Position numbers and translations under genes: made by a program. Below, piece by piece: positions 1 through 8,167 of a DNA stretch of 64,000 bases. The notes below the pieces were generated by a model. The model worked only from the letters and a program-made list of their open reading frames with translations. It did not search any database and was not told the origin of the DNA. The DNA comes from Fimbriimonadaceae bacterium. GTDB lineage: Bacteria > Armatimonadota > Fimbriimonadia > Fimbriimonadales > Fimbriimonadaceae. Where the stretch lies: positions 12,818 to 76,817 of the forward strand of contig JBKBWO010000005.1 in assembly GCA_046314495.1 (NCBI GenBank). Reading direction: 5' to 3'. Positions within the stretch are counted from its first letter, which is position 1. Every line of letters begins with the position of its first letter.

Positions 1-1
1 T

Positions 2-1633
2 CTGGCAATCAATTGGGGACTGCCCGGCGAGACTTTCCACTTTGGGTTCCACCCAGATGAGTTCGTCAACTGGCGCTATGCCATCGAAATTGATCCGCTC
101 CAACTCGACTTCGATCCCGGTTTCTACAACTATGGTTCGTTGTATCTATTCATCCTTCGGTTGATCACCGACTTCGGCTTCTGGTACGGAAATCCGCCTA
201 ACCCCGAGGATCCAGCGAGTCTCTACCCGTTTGTTGGATCGGTGCTGTTAGTTGGTCGAATTGTCAGTGCCATCGCGGGTGCCTGGATCGCTACTCTCGT
301 CTTTCTGGTGTTGCGCCGGTTCTCCGGCTTGTTCGGAGCAAGCCTGGGCGCTGCTGCGATAATCGTGGCACCGGCTCTGGTAGTCCACTCCAGGTTTGCC
401 ACACCAGACATGCTCGCCGCCGCCCTTGCGGCAACGAGCTGCTTCTTTGCCTTGAAGCTCATTCCCACCGACTTCAAACTGGGAACAAAAATTGCGGAGC
501 CGGCAAACCTGAGGTTTGCGGTGTGGGCTGGTGTGTTTGCCGGTCTTTCGGCAGGAACAAAGTACAGCGGTGTTCTTGCTCTGGTGGCTTTGGGGGCAGT
601 TCTCATCTGTTTGAGACCTCCGAATTGGATCCGCCTTGGAGGGCTGGCAGTGGGAGCGACCGTGCTTGCGTTTCTCATTAGCACCCCTGGAGCACTCATC
701 AACACCCAGGCGTTTCTCAGCGGCGTCGGCTACGAATTGGCGAAGTCTGGCGAAGGTCATGGGCTGATCTTCGTCGGTACAGCTCCCGGCTGGCTTTTTC
801 ACACGACGAACCTGTTCACTGGATTTGGGATGATCCTAGTGATCCTTTCCGTCATTGGCTTGTACTTGGGGGTCCGCAGTCGCCAAGTTTGGGCGATCGC
901 GCTCTCTGCGGTGTTGATCGTGTTCTTTCTGAGCATTGCCACAGCCGAAGTGAAGTTCATGCGGTACACGTTCCCGCTTCTCTTTAGCCTTGCTGTTGGG
1001 TTCGGGTTCCTGATGGGAGAGGCGCACCAGCGGAGAAAGTTCTGGAGCGTGTTCATCGTTTTCGGATTTCTCGGGCTCGGTGGCGTGTTCGGCGGAGGGT
1101 TGGCAGCAAGCCTTACAAACACCTTGCACATGGCGGGCGTCGATCCCAGGGTTGAAACGGTTTGGTTCTTCAAGAGGGAGTCAGAGGACAACCCGAACAT
1201 CACAGTCGGCCTCGTCGCGGACCCGTGGTTCTACACCGCTCCCTTCTATCCGGAAGTTGGCGCGCCGAGATTCGTCCCGTTTGATGATCGCCACTCGGCG
1301 ATGCTCGCAGCCGACAACCCGCAAGTGGTTAGGTACGTGCCAGAGAACCCGGCAGAGCGGTTTGATTGGGACGTGCGGCTGATAACGGAGCTTCAGCCCG
1401 ATTACATTGTCTATTCCTCTTTTGAGTTTAGTGATCTAGCGAGGCTACAGAATCAACGGGGTCTCAGCCCTCAAGTGCAGCTTCAGGTTGATCGCTCAAT
1501 GGAGTTCATGAGGTTACTGAACGAGCGGTACGAACTGGCGAGAACCTTTGGTGAAGGCGCTCCGGTCGAGCATGACATGCAGTACATCCGTCCATACATT
1601 GTGATATGGAAAAAGAAGGCTCAGAGCCCCTAA
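2..1633 (+). CDS. Membrane glycosyltransferase, GT39/PMT_2 (ArnT-like, GT-C fold); 5' end lies outside the window
   Basis: The frame of ORF 140..1633 stays open back to base 2 (LAINWGLPGETFHFGFHPDEFVNW...). Multiple hydrophobic TM segments are followed by a roughly 150-aa soluble C-terminal domain. It resembles the second GT39-like gene at 8151..9587. Confidence 0.75.
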   Translation: MAINWGLPGETFHFGFHPDEFVNWRYAIEIDPLQLDFDPGFYNYGSLYLFILRLITDFGFWYGNPPNPEDPASLYPFVGSVLLVGRIVSAIAGAWIATLVFLVLRRFSGLFGASLGAAAIIVAPALVVHSRFATPDMLAAALAATSCFFALKLIPTDFKLGTKIAEPANLRFAVWAGVFAGLSAGTKYSGVLALVALGAVLICLRPPNWIRLGGLAVGATVLAFLISTPGALINTQAFLSGVGYELAKSGEGHGLIFVGTAPGWLFHTTNLFTGFGMILVILSVIGLYLGVRSRQVWAIALSAVLIVFFLSIATAEVKFMRYTFPLLFSLAVGFGFLMGEAHQRRKFWSVFIVFGFLGLGGVFGGGLAASLTNTLHMAGVDPRVETVWFFKRESEDNPNITVGLVADPWFYTAPFYPEVGAPRFVPFDDRHSAMLAADNPQVVRYVPENPAERFDWDVRLITELQPDYIVYSSFEFSDLARLQNQRGLSPQVQLQVDRSMEFMRLLNERYELARTFGEGAPVEHDMQYIRPYIVIWKKKAQSP

Positions 1634-2523
1634 GCCCGGAGCTTCTCGCCCCGATCGAGTGGTTTTTGGACTACCAGAGGTTCAACAAGGGGTTGAGCCT
1701 GAACACCATCTCCGCTTACCAGGAAGATTTACTTCAAGCTGGGAGTTACTTTGAAGGAGTTGGACTAAAGACGTGGGCGGAGGTTGATGTTGACCGAATC
1801 TTGGGCTACGTCTCAGAGATCGGTGCGAAGTACTCCGCCACCTCTCGATCAAGAAAACTGAGTTCACTTCGCTCGCTGCTGAAATTCCTGGCAGCCAGAG
1901 GCTCAGTTCCGGAGTTTCACTGGCCCACGTTTAGCTTGAGTGCCAGAAAAAGGTCTCTGCCCAAATCGTTGCCGATAGAGCAGATGATCCGTCTGCTGGG
2001 AGCGCCGGATATCACGACACCGGTGGGGCTTCGCGACAGAGCATTACTAGAGCTTTTGTACGGAGCTGGGCTGCGGGTGACAGAAGCGGTATGCCTGACG
2101 GAGAGCGACTGGATCCATTCGGAGATGATGCTTCGGGTTCGGGGGAAAGGAAACAAGACCCGATTGGTGCCGCTTCCTCTAGGCTCTCACCAGCTTCTGC
2201 AGGTGTATCAGCTAAGTGCTCGTACACAGCTTGTCAAGACACCTCGGGCAGAGCTGCTGCTTTCAGACCGAGGGCTTGCTCTCAGTCGCCAGCGGGCCTT
2301 CAACTTGCTAGATAAGTACCGGAAGCTTGCTGGAATCGAGCAGTCTATGGGTCCACATACCCTTCGCCACAGCTACGCGGTTCACTTGCTGAAAGGCGGG
2401 GCAGACCTCCGATCCGTCCAAGAGCTGCTCGGTCACTCCTCACTGGTGACCACGCAGATCTACACATTTCTGGATCTGGCGACTCTTCGGACTGAGTACG
2501 ACAAGGCCCACCCGCGGGCTTGA
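1606..2523 (+). CDS. Tyrosine recombinase, XerC/XerD family
   Basis: N-terminal SAM-like domain (LSLNTISAYQEDL). Catalytic C-terminus LRHSYAVHLLKGGADLRSVQELLGHSSLVTTQIYT carries the R..HxxR..Y signature. Confidence 0.9.
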   Translation: MEKEGSEPLSPELLAPIEWFLDYQRFNKGLSLNTISAYQEDLLQAGSYFEGVGLKTWAEVDVDRILGYVSEIGAKYSATSRSRKLSSLRSLLKFLAARGSVPEFHWPTFSLSARKRSLPKSLPIEQMIRLLGAPDITTPVGLRDRALLELLYGAGLRVTEAVCLTESDWIHSEMMLRVRGKGNKTRLVPLPLGSHQLLQVYQLSARTQLVKTPRAELLLSDRGLALSRQRAFNLLDKYRKLAGIEQSMGPHTLRHSYAVHLLKGGADLRSVQELLGHSSLVTTQIYTFLDLATLRTEYDKAHPRA

Positions 2524-2529
2524 GGCCAA

Positions 2530-3441
2530 TTAGTCTGCAACGAGTGCCTTGATTGCAAGATCGACGATGCTCCAGAGCGGTGCACCTGCGGGAGGGTCGA
2601 GCTCAAGAACCACGGCGAATGGGTGGGGCTTGGGTTCGAAATCAAACGCGAACCAGCTGCTGGCGAGCCGCTGTTTCCTGTTTTCGATGGAGTCGTTCCA
2701 AAACCCGACGGGCGCACCGTCAAGCAGCACCCTGCACCGCTGCCGACCGTGAAACGTGTCGTACTGCCGCTCCAAACGAACTCCGGCGCAGTTTCCGGGC
2801 AGCGCTAGCTCGATCTGCGTCGGACCGAGATGATAAGTTGACCGAAAAGCGTTCGGTCTTCCCTCCCAGTCGAAAGAATCTACATCGTGAAGCGCGCTCA
2901 TCTGGCGCGTTTTGATGTGAGAGAGGCCAGCTGAAAGTTCTTCAGCGGAAACATGCAACAGCGACTCCCAGCGCGATGGCGCGGACTTCCAAAAGCGGAC
3001 TGAGCAACTTGATTCGAAACCCAGCTGGACTGGAACAAGAAAACTGGGGTCAAAGGGCAGATTCAATTCGATACCATCGACCACCGCAGGCTGATCTGCG
3101 GGGAGCTTCAACCACCCCCTGCAGCCGACTGAGGCTTCGGTGAGGTTTGACTCGTGGGAAGGTTGAACCAAATCTCCCGTCAACGCTACAATCCGTTGCC
3201 CTTGAACAAAGGGGGCAACGAGATATTCGCTGAAGCAAACGCGCATTGATCGTTCGCTCTGCCCATCGACATCGGCACTGAATTCTCGGTCAGACTCTGC
3301 CACCCCGGCACCATCGATGTCCAGCGCAACGGCGTCACTTGTGGTTTCGTACAACGGATTCGCCTGACTGACCCAGAGCCTCTGGCATGCAGGAAGAAGG
3401 AGTCTTTCCGGTTTCAAGTCTGATAGCATATACATGCTCAT
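2530..3441 (-). CDS. Hypothetical protein (no recognisable domain)
   Basis: Long ORF with protein-like composition. The start is trimmed to ATG 3441 (alternatives 3435 and 3429) so that it does not overlap divergent dnaB. No motif recognised. Confidence 0.5.
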   Translation of the reverse strand: MSMYMLSDLKPERLLLPACQRLWVSQANPLYETTSDAVALDIDGAGVAESDREFSADVDGQSERSMRVCFSEYLVAPFVQGQRIVALTGDLVQPSHESNLTEASVGCRGWLKLPADQPAVVDGIELNLPFDPSFLVPVQLGFESSCSVRFWKSAPSRWESLLHVSAEELSAGLSHIKTRQMSALHDVDSFDWEGRPNAFRSTYHLGPTQIELALPGNCAGVRLERQYDTFHGRQRCRVLLDGAPVGFWNDSIENRKQRLASSWFAFDFEPKPHPFAVVLELDPPAGAPLWSIVDLAIKALVAD

Positions 3442-3469
3442 GGCAAGTCGCCCAATCTCCCAGGAACTG

Positions 3470-4801
3470 ATGCCCCTCTCCAGCACGGACGCCGAGATGA
3501 GCACGCTGGGTTCTATGCTCCTGAGCAAGAGAGCCGCGGAAGAGGTAGCCGCGGTGCTAGAAGCTGCAGACTTTTATCTGCCACCTCATCAGTTCATTTT
3601 CGAGGCGATCTTCAGCCTCCTAGCGAACGACGCGGCAGTTGATGTTCTCACTGTTTCCGAAGCACTCAAAGATCGCAGTCAGCTGGAGAAAGTCGGCGGC
3701 TTGGACTACCTGGTTTCTCTTGCAGAATCGGTACCGACCGCGAGCAACGTGCTGTATTACGCAGACATCGTGCGGGACAAGTCGATGCTTCGCCGGTTGC
3801 AAGACGTTGGCAGAGAAATTGCGGGGCTTGCTTCTCAACCTGAGCGAACCGCCGAGGACAAGGTTGACGAAGCAGAACAAAGGATCTTCGAGATTCGAAA
3901 GAACCGGCTCGGGAAGGACTTCGAGCACATCAAGAGTCTTGCTTACGAGTTTTTCACCGATGTCGACCGGATCATTGAGACGAAAGAACCGAACTTGGGT
4001 GTTCCGACAGGCTTTTACGACCTCGACGAGATCACGATGGGCTTTCAACCGGGCGACCTAGTCATCGTCGCTGCACGCCCCGCTATGGGTAAGACCTCGC
4101 TCGTTCTTAACTTCGCCGTTCATGTAGCGCATCAGCAGATGGGCAATGTCGCCATCTTTTCTCTCGAGATGAGCAGCGAGCAACTGGTTCGCAGAATGGT
4201 CTCGATGGAGAGTGGTGTGACGGGCCAGGAGATGCGCCAACCGAACATCACCAAAGATCAGTATCAGGCGCTGGCAAATGCCTGTGATTCGCTCTCTGAG
4301 CTGCCTTTGTACATCGATGACCAAACCGACATCACCTCCATGGTGATGAAAGGGAAGTGCCGCCGGCTGCGGGAAAACGGTGGCCTCTCGCTGGTGGTTG
4401 TCGACTACCTGCAGCTGATGCGATCGATGAGGCAGAATGACAATAGAGTCCAGGAGGTGGGCGAGATTGCCCGCTCCCTTAAGGGGCTAGCCCGTGAGCT
4501 GAAGGTTCCGGTGGTCGCGCTGAGCCAGCTTAGCCGCCAGGTGGAGACGCGACCGGACAAGCGTCCGGTCCTAAGTGACCTCAGAGAGTCTGGCTCGATC
4601 GAAGCTGAGGCGGACATGGTCATGATGATCTACCGCGATGCCTACTACAACGCAAAAGAAGATGAGGATGGAGAGCCCGTACCGCCACTGGAGATCGAAG
4701 AGGCAGAGGTAATCGTCGCGAAGCATAGAAACGGCCCTACCGGGAAAGTAGTCCTCGGCTTTCAACCTCGCTACACCAGGTTCGTCAATCTAAAGCGATG
4801 A
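3470..4801 (+). CDS. dnaB: Replicative DNA helicase DnaB
   Basis: N-terminal AEMSTLGSMLL motif, Walker A ARPAMGKTS, VVDYLQLM and ALSQLSRQVE motifs. ATG 3470 is preceded by AGGAA; ATG 3434 is an alternative start. Confidence 0.95.
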   Translation: MPLSSTDAEMSTLGSMLLSKRAAEEVAAVLEAADFYLPPHQFIFEAIFSLLANDAAVDVLTVSEALKDRSQLEKVGGLDYLVSLAESVPTASNVLYYADIVRDKSMLRRLQDVGREIAGLASQPERTAEDKVDEAEQRIFEIRKNRLGKDFEHIKSLAYEFFTDVDRIIETKEPNLGVPTGFYDLDEITMGFQPGDLVIVAARPAMGKTSLVLNFAVHVAHQQMGNVAIFSLEMSSEQLVRRMVSMESGVTGQEMRQPNITKDQYQALANACDSLSELPLYIDDQTDITSMVMKGKCRRLRENGGLSLVVVDYLQLMRSMRQNDNRVQEVGEIARSLKGLARELKVPVVALSQLSRQVETRPDKRPVLSDLRESGSIEAEADMVMMIYRDAYYNAKEDEDGEPVPPLEIEEAEVIVAKHRNGPTGKVVLGFQPRYTRFVNLKR

Positions 4802-6042
4802 AGGTTTTTGTTTACGGTTCAGGGGCTCGGGAGCACGCCCTTGCTTGGGCGCTCTCGAAAGGAGCGGAAGTTTTCGCCTTCCCAGGAAATCCGGGGATAT
4901 CACAGTGCGCCCAGATTTTGCAGCCAAGAAACAACGACGCAGAGAGCATCGCTGAAGCGGTTACCGCTATGGGAGTGGATTTCGCGCTCATCGGACCCGA
5001 GGCCGCCATCTTTGATGGGTTCGGAGAGGCTCTTCGAAAGCGGGGAGTACCGACCGTTGCACCAACTCCAAAGGCGGCAGTTTTGGAAAAGAGCAAAGCG
5101 TTTGCCAAACAGGCGATGCGAGCAGCTGGCGTTCCAACTGCGGAATTCGAAATCGTAACCGACGCAAAAAGCGCGAGGAGTGTCGTGGAAAGGTACTTGA
5201 GGGAAGATGGCGCCGCAGTGCTGAAAGTGGATGGACCGGCTCTCGGGAAGGGTGTGTTTGTCTGCCGCGACCAAACGCAGATCGACCAGGCTATCGGTCA
5301 GTTGTTTGGTGAACAGTCGTTCGGAAACGCAGCGGACCAAGTCATTGTCGAACGATGCCTCTTCGGCAGAGAGGCCAGTTTGATTTCGATCTGCACCGGT
5401 GGTGCGGTAGCCAGCTTTCCGCTTGCTCACGATTACAAGCGAGCTTTTGATGGCGACGAGGGACCGAACACGGGTGGAATGGGCAGCTTTGCCCCGTCGG
5501 AGGTCTTTGGCGACGACAAGAAGGCGCTTGCAGAAGACCAGGTAGTTAAGCCAATTTTAGAGGAGATGGCGCGCCGTGGGACGCCGTTCTCGGGTGTTCT
5601 GTTCTCTGGTCTGCTTTGGCAGGATGGCGTTCCCTATTGTCTGGAATACAACGTGAGGTTTGGTGACCCGGAGACTCAATCCCTCATGATGCTCGCCGGA
5701 GATAACGTTGCAGAGATGTTGCTGGCGGCGGCGCGAGGTGAACCTGTCCCTTCTATAGAAACCAAGCCAGGATTCGCAGTGAGCGTTGTCTGCGCTTCAG
5801 AAGGGTATCCGGGCTCAATCGAGACTGGTAAGGAGATCGACATCAGAGAGCTTCCAGAAGGCTGTCAAGCGTTTCACGCTGGCACCAAGTTGGTCGAAGG
5901 ACAGCTACAGACTTCTGGCGGTCGGGTGATCACTGTCTCAGCGACGGGCGAGACTGTGGCACAAGCGCGCTCACGCGCCTACCAAGCGGCAGATTGCGTT
6001 CACTTCGCTGGGAAGCGAACGAGAAGCGACGTAGCCGCCTAG
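4798..6042 (+). CDS. purD: Phosphoribosylamine--glycine ligase
   Basis: Full-length PurD pattern (MKVFVYGSGAREHALAWAL, GPNTGGMGSF, GRVITV). The start overlaps the dnaB stop (ATGA). Confidence 0.95.
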   Translation: MKVFVYGSGAREHALAWALSKGAEVFAFPGNPGISQCAQILQPRNNDAESIAEAVTAMGVDFALIGPEAAIFDGFGEALRKRGVPTVAPTPKAAVLEKSKAFAKQAMRAAGVPTAEFEIVTDAKSARSVVERYLREDGAAVLKVDGPALGKGVFVCRDQTQIDQAIGQLFGEQSFGNAADQVIVERCLFGREASLISICTGGAVASFPLAHDYKRAFDGDEGPNTGGMGSFAPSEVFGDDKKALAEDQVVKPILEEMARRGTPFSGVLFSGLLWQDGVPYCLEYNVRFGDPETQSLMMLAGDNVAEMLLAAARGEPVPSIETKPGFAVSVVCASEGYPGSIETGKEIDIRELPEGCQAFHAGTKLVEGQLQTSGGRVITVSATGETVAQARSRAYQAADCVHFAGKRTRSDVAA

Positions 6043-6049
6043 TAGCCGG

Positions 6050-6769
6050 CTACTGCGGCTGAACTTCTCGGTACTCTGCCTTGACCCCGTGTGCCAAGAG
6101 TTCCTTCTGAACCATTTCCGCCTTTTGCTTGGCGATGTTGGTGAGAAGTACTTGCGGCGGGTTCTCGACCATCTCCCGAACTACACTTCGGTTCAGTGCC
6201 AATAGCCGTTGCAGCTCCAATATTGCTTGCTCCTTGCTTCGGCCCGCGTCGGTAAGTACCAGCTCGTAGAGAGCATCATCGTCCACCCTCAGGAAGCTCC
6301 TCGGGATGGACTTCGAAGGCAACCCGTCTTCGTTTGCAATCGGAATTTCTCTGTCGCATGTCTCACAGATCAGCACCTCCGTCTTCAAGCTATAGAAGTT
6401 CAGCTCGTTGCAGTAGCCGCACCGAACCTGCATAACTTCCATAATCGCACCTTCCCGAATCGGTACCATCCGGTGACATCCTTCGCAGTTGAAGTCGTCG
6501 GTTGGCGGGCTTTGAAAAGCGTTCACTTTCTCGCAGAATGGGCATGTCACGGAGTTCGATTGGACTTTCTTCATCTTGGAGATGAAGAAAACGGAAAACC
6601 CAAGCGCTACCAAGGCGAGGAGCAGTAGAAGCTCAGCAAAGATGAGGATTCCGCGCCCGTAGATGAACATCAGCGTGCTCGCGATGCCTAGAACTGCGGC
6701 GCTGATGAAAAAGTAGAGAGCCCGTTCAGCGTATTGCTCCCGTACCGTCGTTACCCTAGAATTTTCCAT
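6050..6769 (-). CDS. Membrane protein with two C4 zinc ribbons and a C-terminal ribosomal L7/L12 C-terminal-domain-like module
   Basis: ATG 6769 is preceded by GGAG. Two TM helices, then CPFC..CEGC and CGYC..CETC. The last ~68 aa (YELVLTDAGRSKEQAI...MVENPPQVL...KQKAEMVQKELLAHGVKAE) align without gaps to the E. coli L7/L12 CTD pattern. Confidence 0.75.
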   Translation of the reverse strand: MENSRVTTVREQYAERALYFFISAAVLGIASTLMFIYGRGILIFAELLLLLALVALGFSVFFISKMKKVQSNSVTCPFCEKVNAFQSPPTDDFNCEGCHRMVPIREGAIMEVMQVRCGYCNELNFYSLKTEVLICETCDREIPIANEDGLPSKSIPRSFLRVDDDALYELVLTDAGRSKEQAILELQRLLALNRSVVREMVENPPQVLLTNIAKQKAEMVQKELLAHGVKAEYREVQPQ

Positions 6770-6845
6770 GCCGATACTCCATTGTACAGACTGCTTACCT
6801 GATTCGCTAGCCGCCCTGAATTGCAAGAAACCGACAAAAACCGGA

Positions 6846-7595
6846 TCAGCGAATATCTGGAAGGGTTCTGGGAGGGGGGATCACCCTCGGAGTTGGAGGA
6901 TCGCTTGCTCCTGTGGCGCCGGGTGGGACTATTAGCATCGTGCCATCACGTTGGTCAATGTAGCCGATTCCCACCTCGGCGGTCAATGCTTCGAGGATCG
7001 AACGAACCGGAGTTGATTCGAAACTGGCAGTGATCCGGGTATCCGGAAGTCGCTCCGCAAGTACCGGTCTCATCCCAGCCTCACTCAAGACGATGGTGAG
7101 AACTTCTTCTAGGCTCGCCTGTTGGAATCTGACCGTGATTCTCCGTTCTAACGAAAGTGGGGCATTGCTTGCCGCAGGCGATTGAATTGGTGGAACCCCG
7201 ATCCCAGGGTCTGGCTGATGTTCTGCAGGTGCAGTGGCAGGGGGCTGCGAGCCACTAGGTTGTTGGAAACGTTCCATGGTTGGTGGCGAAGGCGTCGGAG
7301 ACATCTGTGCGAACTGGTCTTGTTTGTTCAACCACTGAGTTAAGAAGATTGCGGTGGCAACAATCAGAACGGCTCCGGCGCCAAGTGCCGCATAGACCGG
7401 CCACTTAGGTATCGCCTGAACCATGATCGACGAAGGGAGCTCTGGGGTTCGTCCAAGGTCTCTCGCCTTCTTGCCGCTGGTACGAAGGTGCTTAACGGTT
7501 TCAACCCGCTCAATTAACTCTTCGGAGAAGTGCGGAAACCGCTCGCCAAACTCGGTTATCGCTTGGGGGTCGCCTCTGTCGGCGATTTCCCACAT
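6846..7595 (-). CDS. Putative single-pass anti-sigma factor with periplasmic STN (secretin/TonB N-terminal)-like domain
   Basis: Lies immediately downstream of the ECF sigma gene. One TM helix (WPVYAALGAGAVLIVATAIFL), a Pro-rich linker, and a C-terminal segment ITVRFQQASLEEVLTIVLSEAG...ILEALTAEVGIGYIDQRDGTMLIVP that matches the STN pattern. Confidence 0.6.
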   Translation of the reverse strand: MWEIADRGDPQAITEFGERFPHFSEELIERVETVKHLRTSGKKARDLGRTPELPSSIMVQAIPKWPVYAALGAGAVLIVATAIFLTQWLNKQDQFAQMSPTPSPPTMERFQQPSGSQPPATAPAEHQPDPGIGVPPIQSPAASNAPLSLERRITVRFQQASLEEVLTIVLSEAGMRPVLAERLPDTRITASFESTPVRSILEALTAEVGIGYIDQRDGTMLIVPPGATGASDPPTPRVIPPPRTLPDIR

Positions 7596-7624
7596 GAGTT
7601 CATCGATGTCCCTTGGGGGTTTTC

Positions 7625-8167
7625 TCAGTTCTCATCCTCCGATTCGTACACAGCCTTGAACCGTTCTCGGGCTCTATAGAGCCTCGTTTTGGCGGCGTTA
7701 ACCGTGCAGCCGAGAGTGTCAGCGATTTCAAGCACGGAGAGCTCGTCCCAATAGAACAGCACCAGGGCGGCACGATCGGATGGCTGCAGTTGCTGCAGAG
7801 CTTGGTGGATCTTCGAGTAATCGTCCTCAATCTTTGGCGATTCACTGCTGGCGATATGGAACGAGTCTTCCAGCGGCAACTGCCGCTTGATGTGCTTGTT
7901 CTTTCTCGCCTGCTGAATGCTGCGATTGACCGCGATCCGAAAGATCCAGGTGGAGAATTTCGACCTTCGGTCGAACCCTTCCAGGTGGCGTACCACCAGT
8001 GCGAACACCTCTTGCACGGCATCCTTCGCTTCGTCGATTTCACCTAGAATGCCATGCGCTATGGCGAAGACTCGCTCGTAGTACGCCTGGTAGAGCTTCT
8101 CAAACGCAGTCTGATCGCCCGCCAAATAGCGGTCGATCAGCACTAGGTCTTCATCTACCAAGGCCAT
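7625..8167 (-). CDS. RNA polymerase sigma factor, ECF (sigma-24) family
   Basis: Region 2 (FEKLYQAYYERVFAIAHGIL, STWIFRIAVN) and region 4 (LSVLEIADTLGCTVNAAKTRLYRARERF). The start is trimmed to ATG 8167 and overlaps the stop of the upstream GT39 gene by 17 nt. Confidence 0.9.
   Translation of the reverse strand: MALVDEDLVLIDRYLAGDQTAFEKLYQAYYERVFAIAHGILGEIDEAKDAVQEVFALVVRHLEGFDRRSKFSTWIFRIAVNRSIQQARKNKHIKRQLPLEDSFHIASSESPKIEDDYSKIHQALQQLQPSDRAALVLFYWDELSVLEIADTLGCTVNAAKTRLYRARERFKAVYESEDEN

Noticed and set aside
1606-2523. Tyrosine recombinase as a marker of a mobile element
   Set aside because: Its length, N-terminal SAM-like domain and C-terminal motif fit the chromosomal dimer-resolution XerC/D type. 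No att-like repeats or cargo genes are adjacent.
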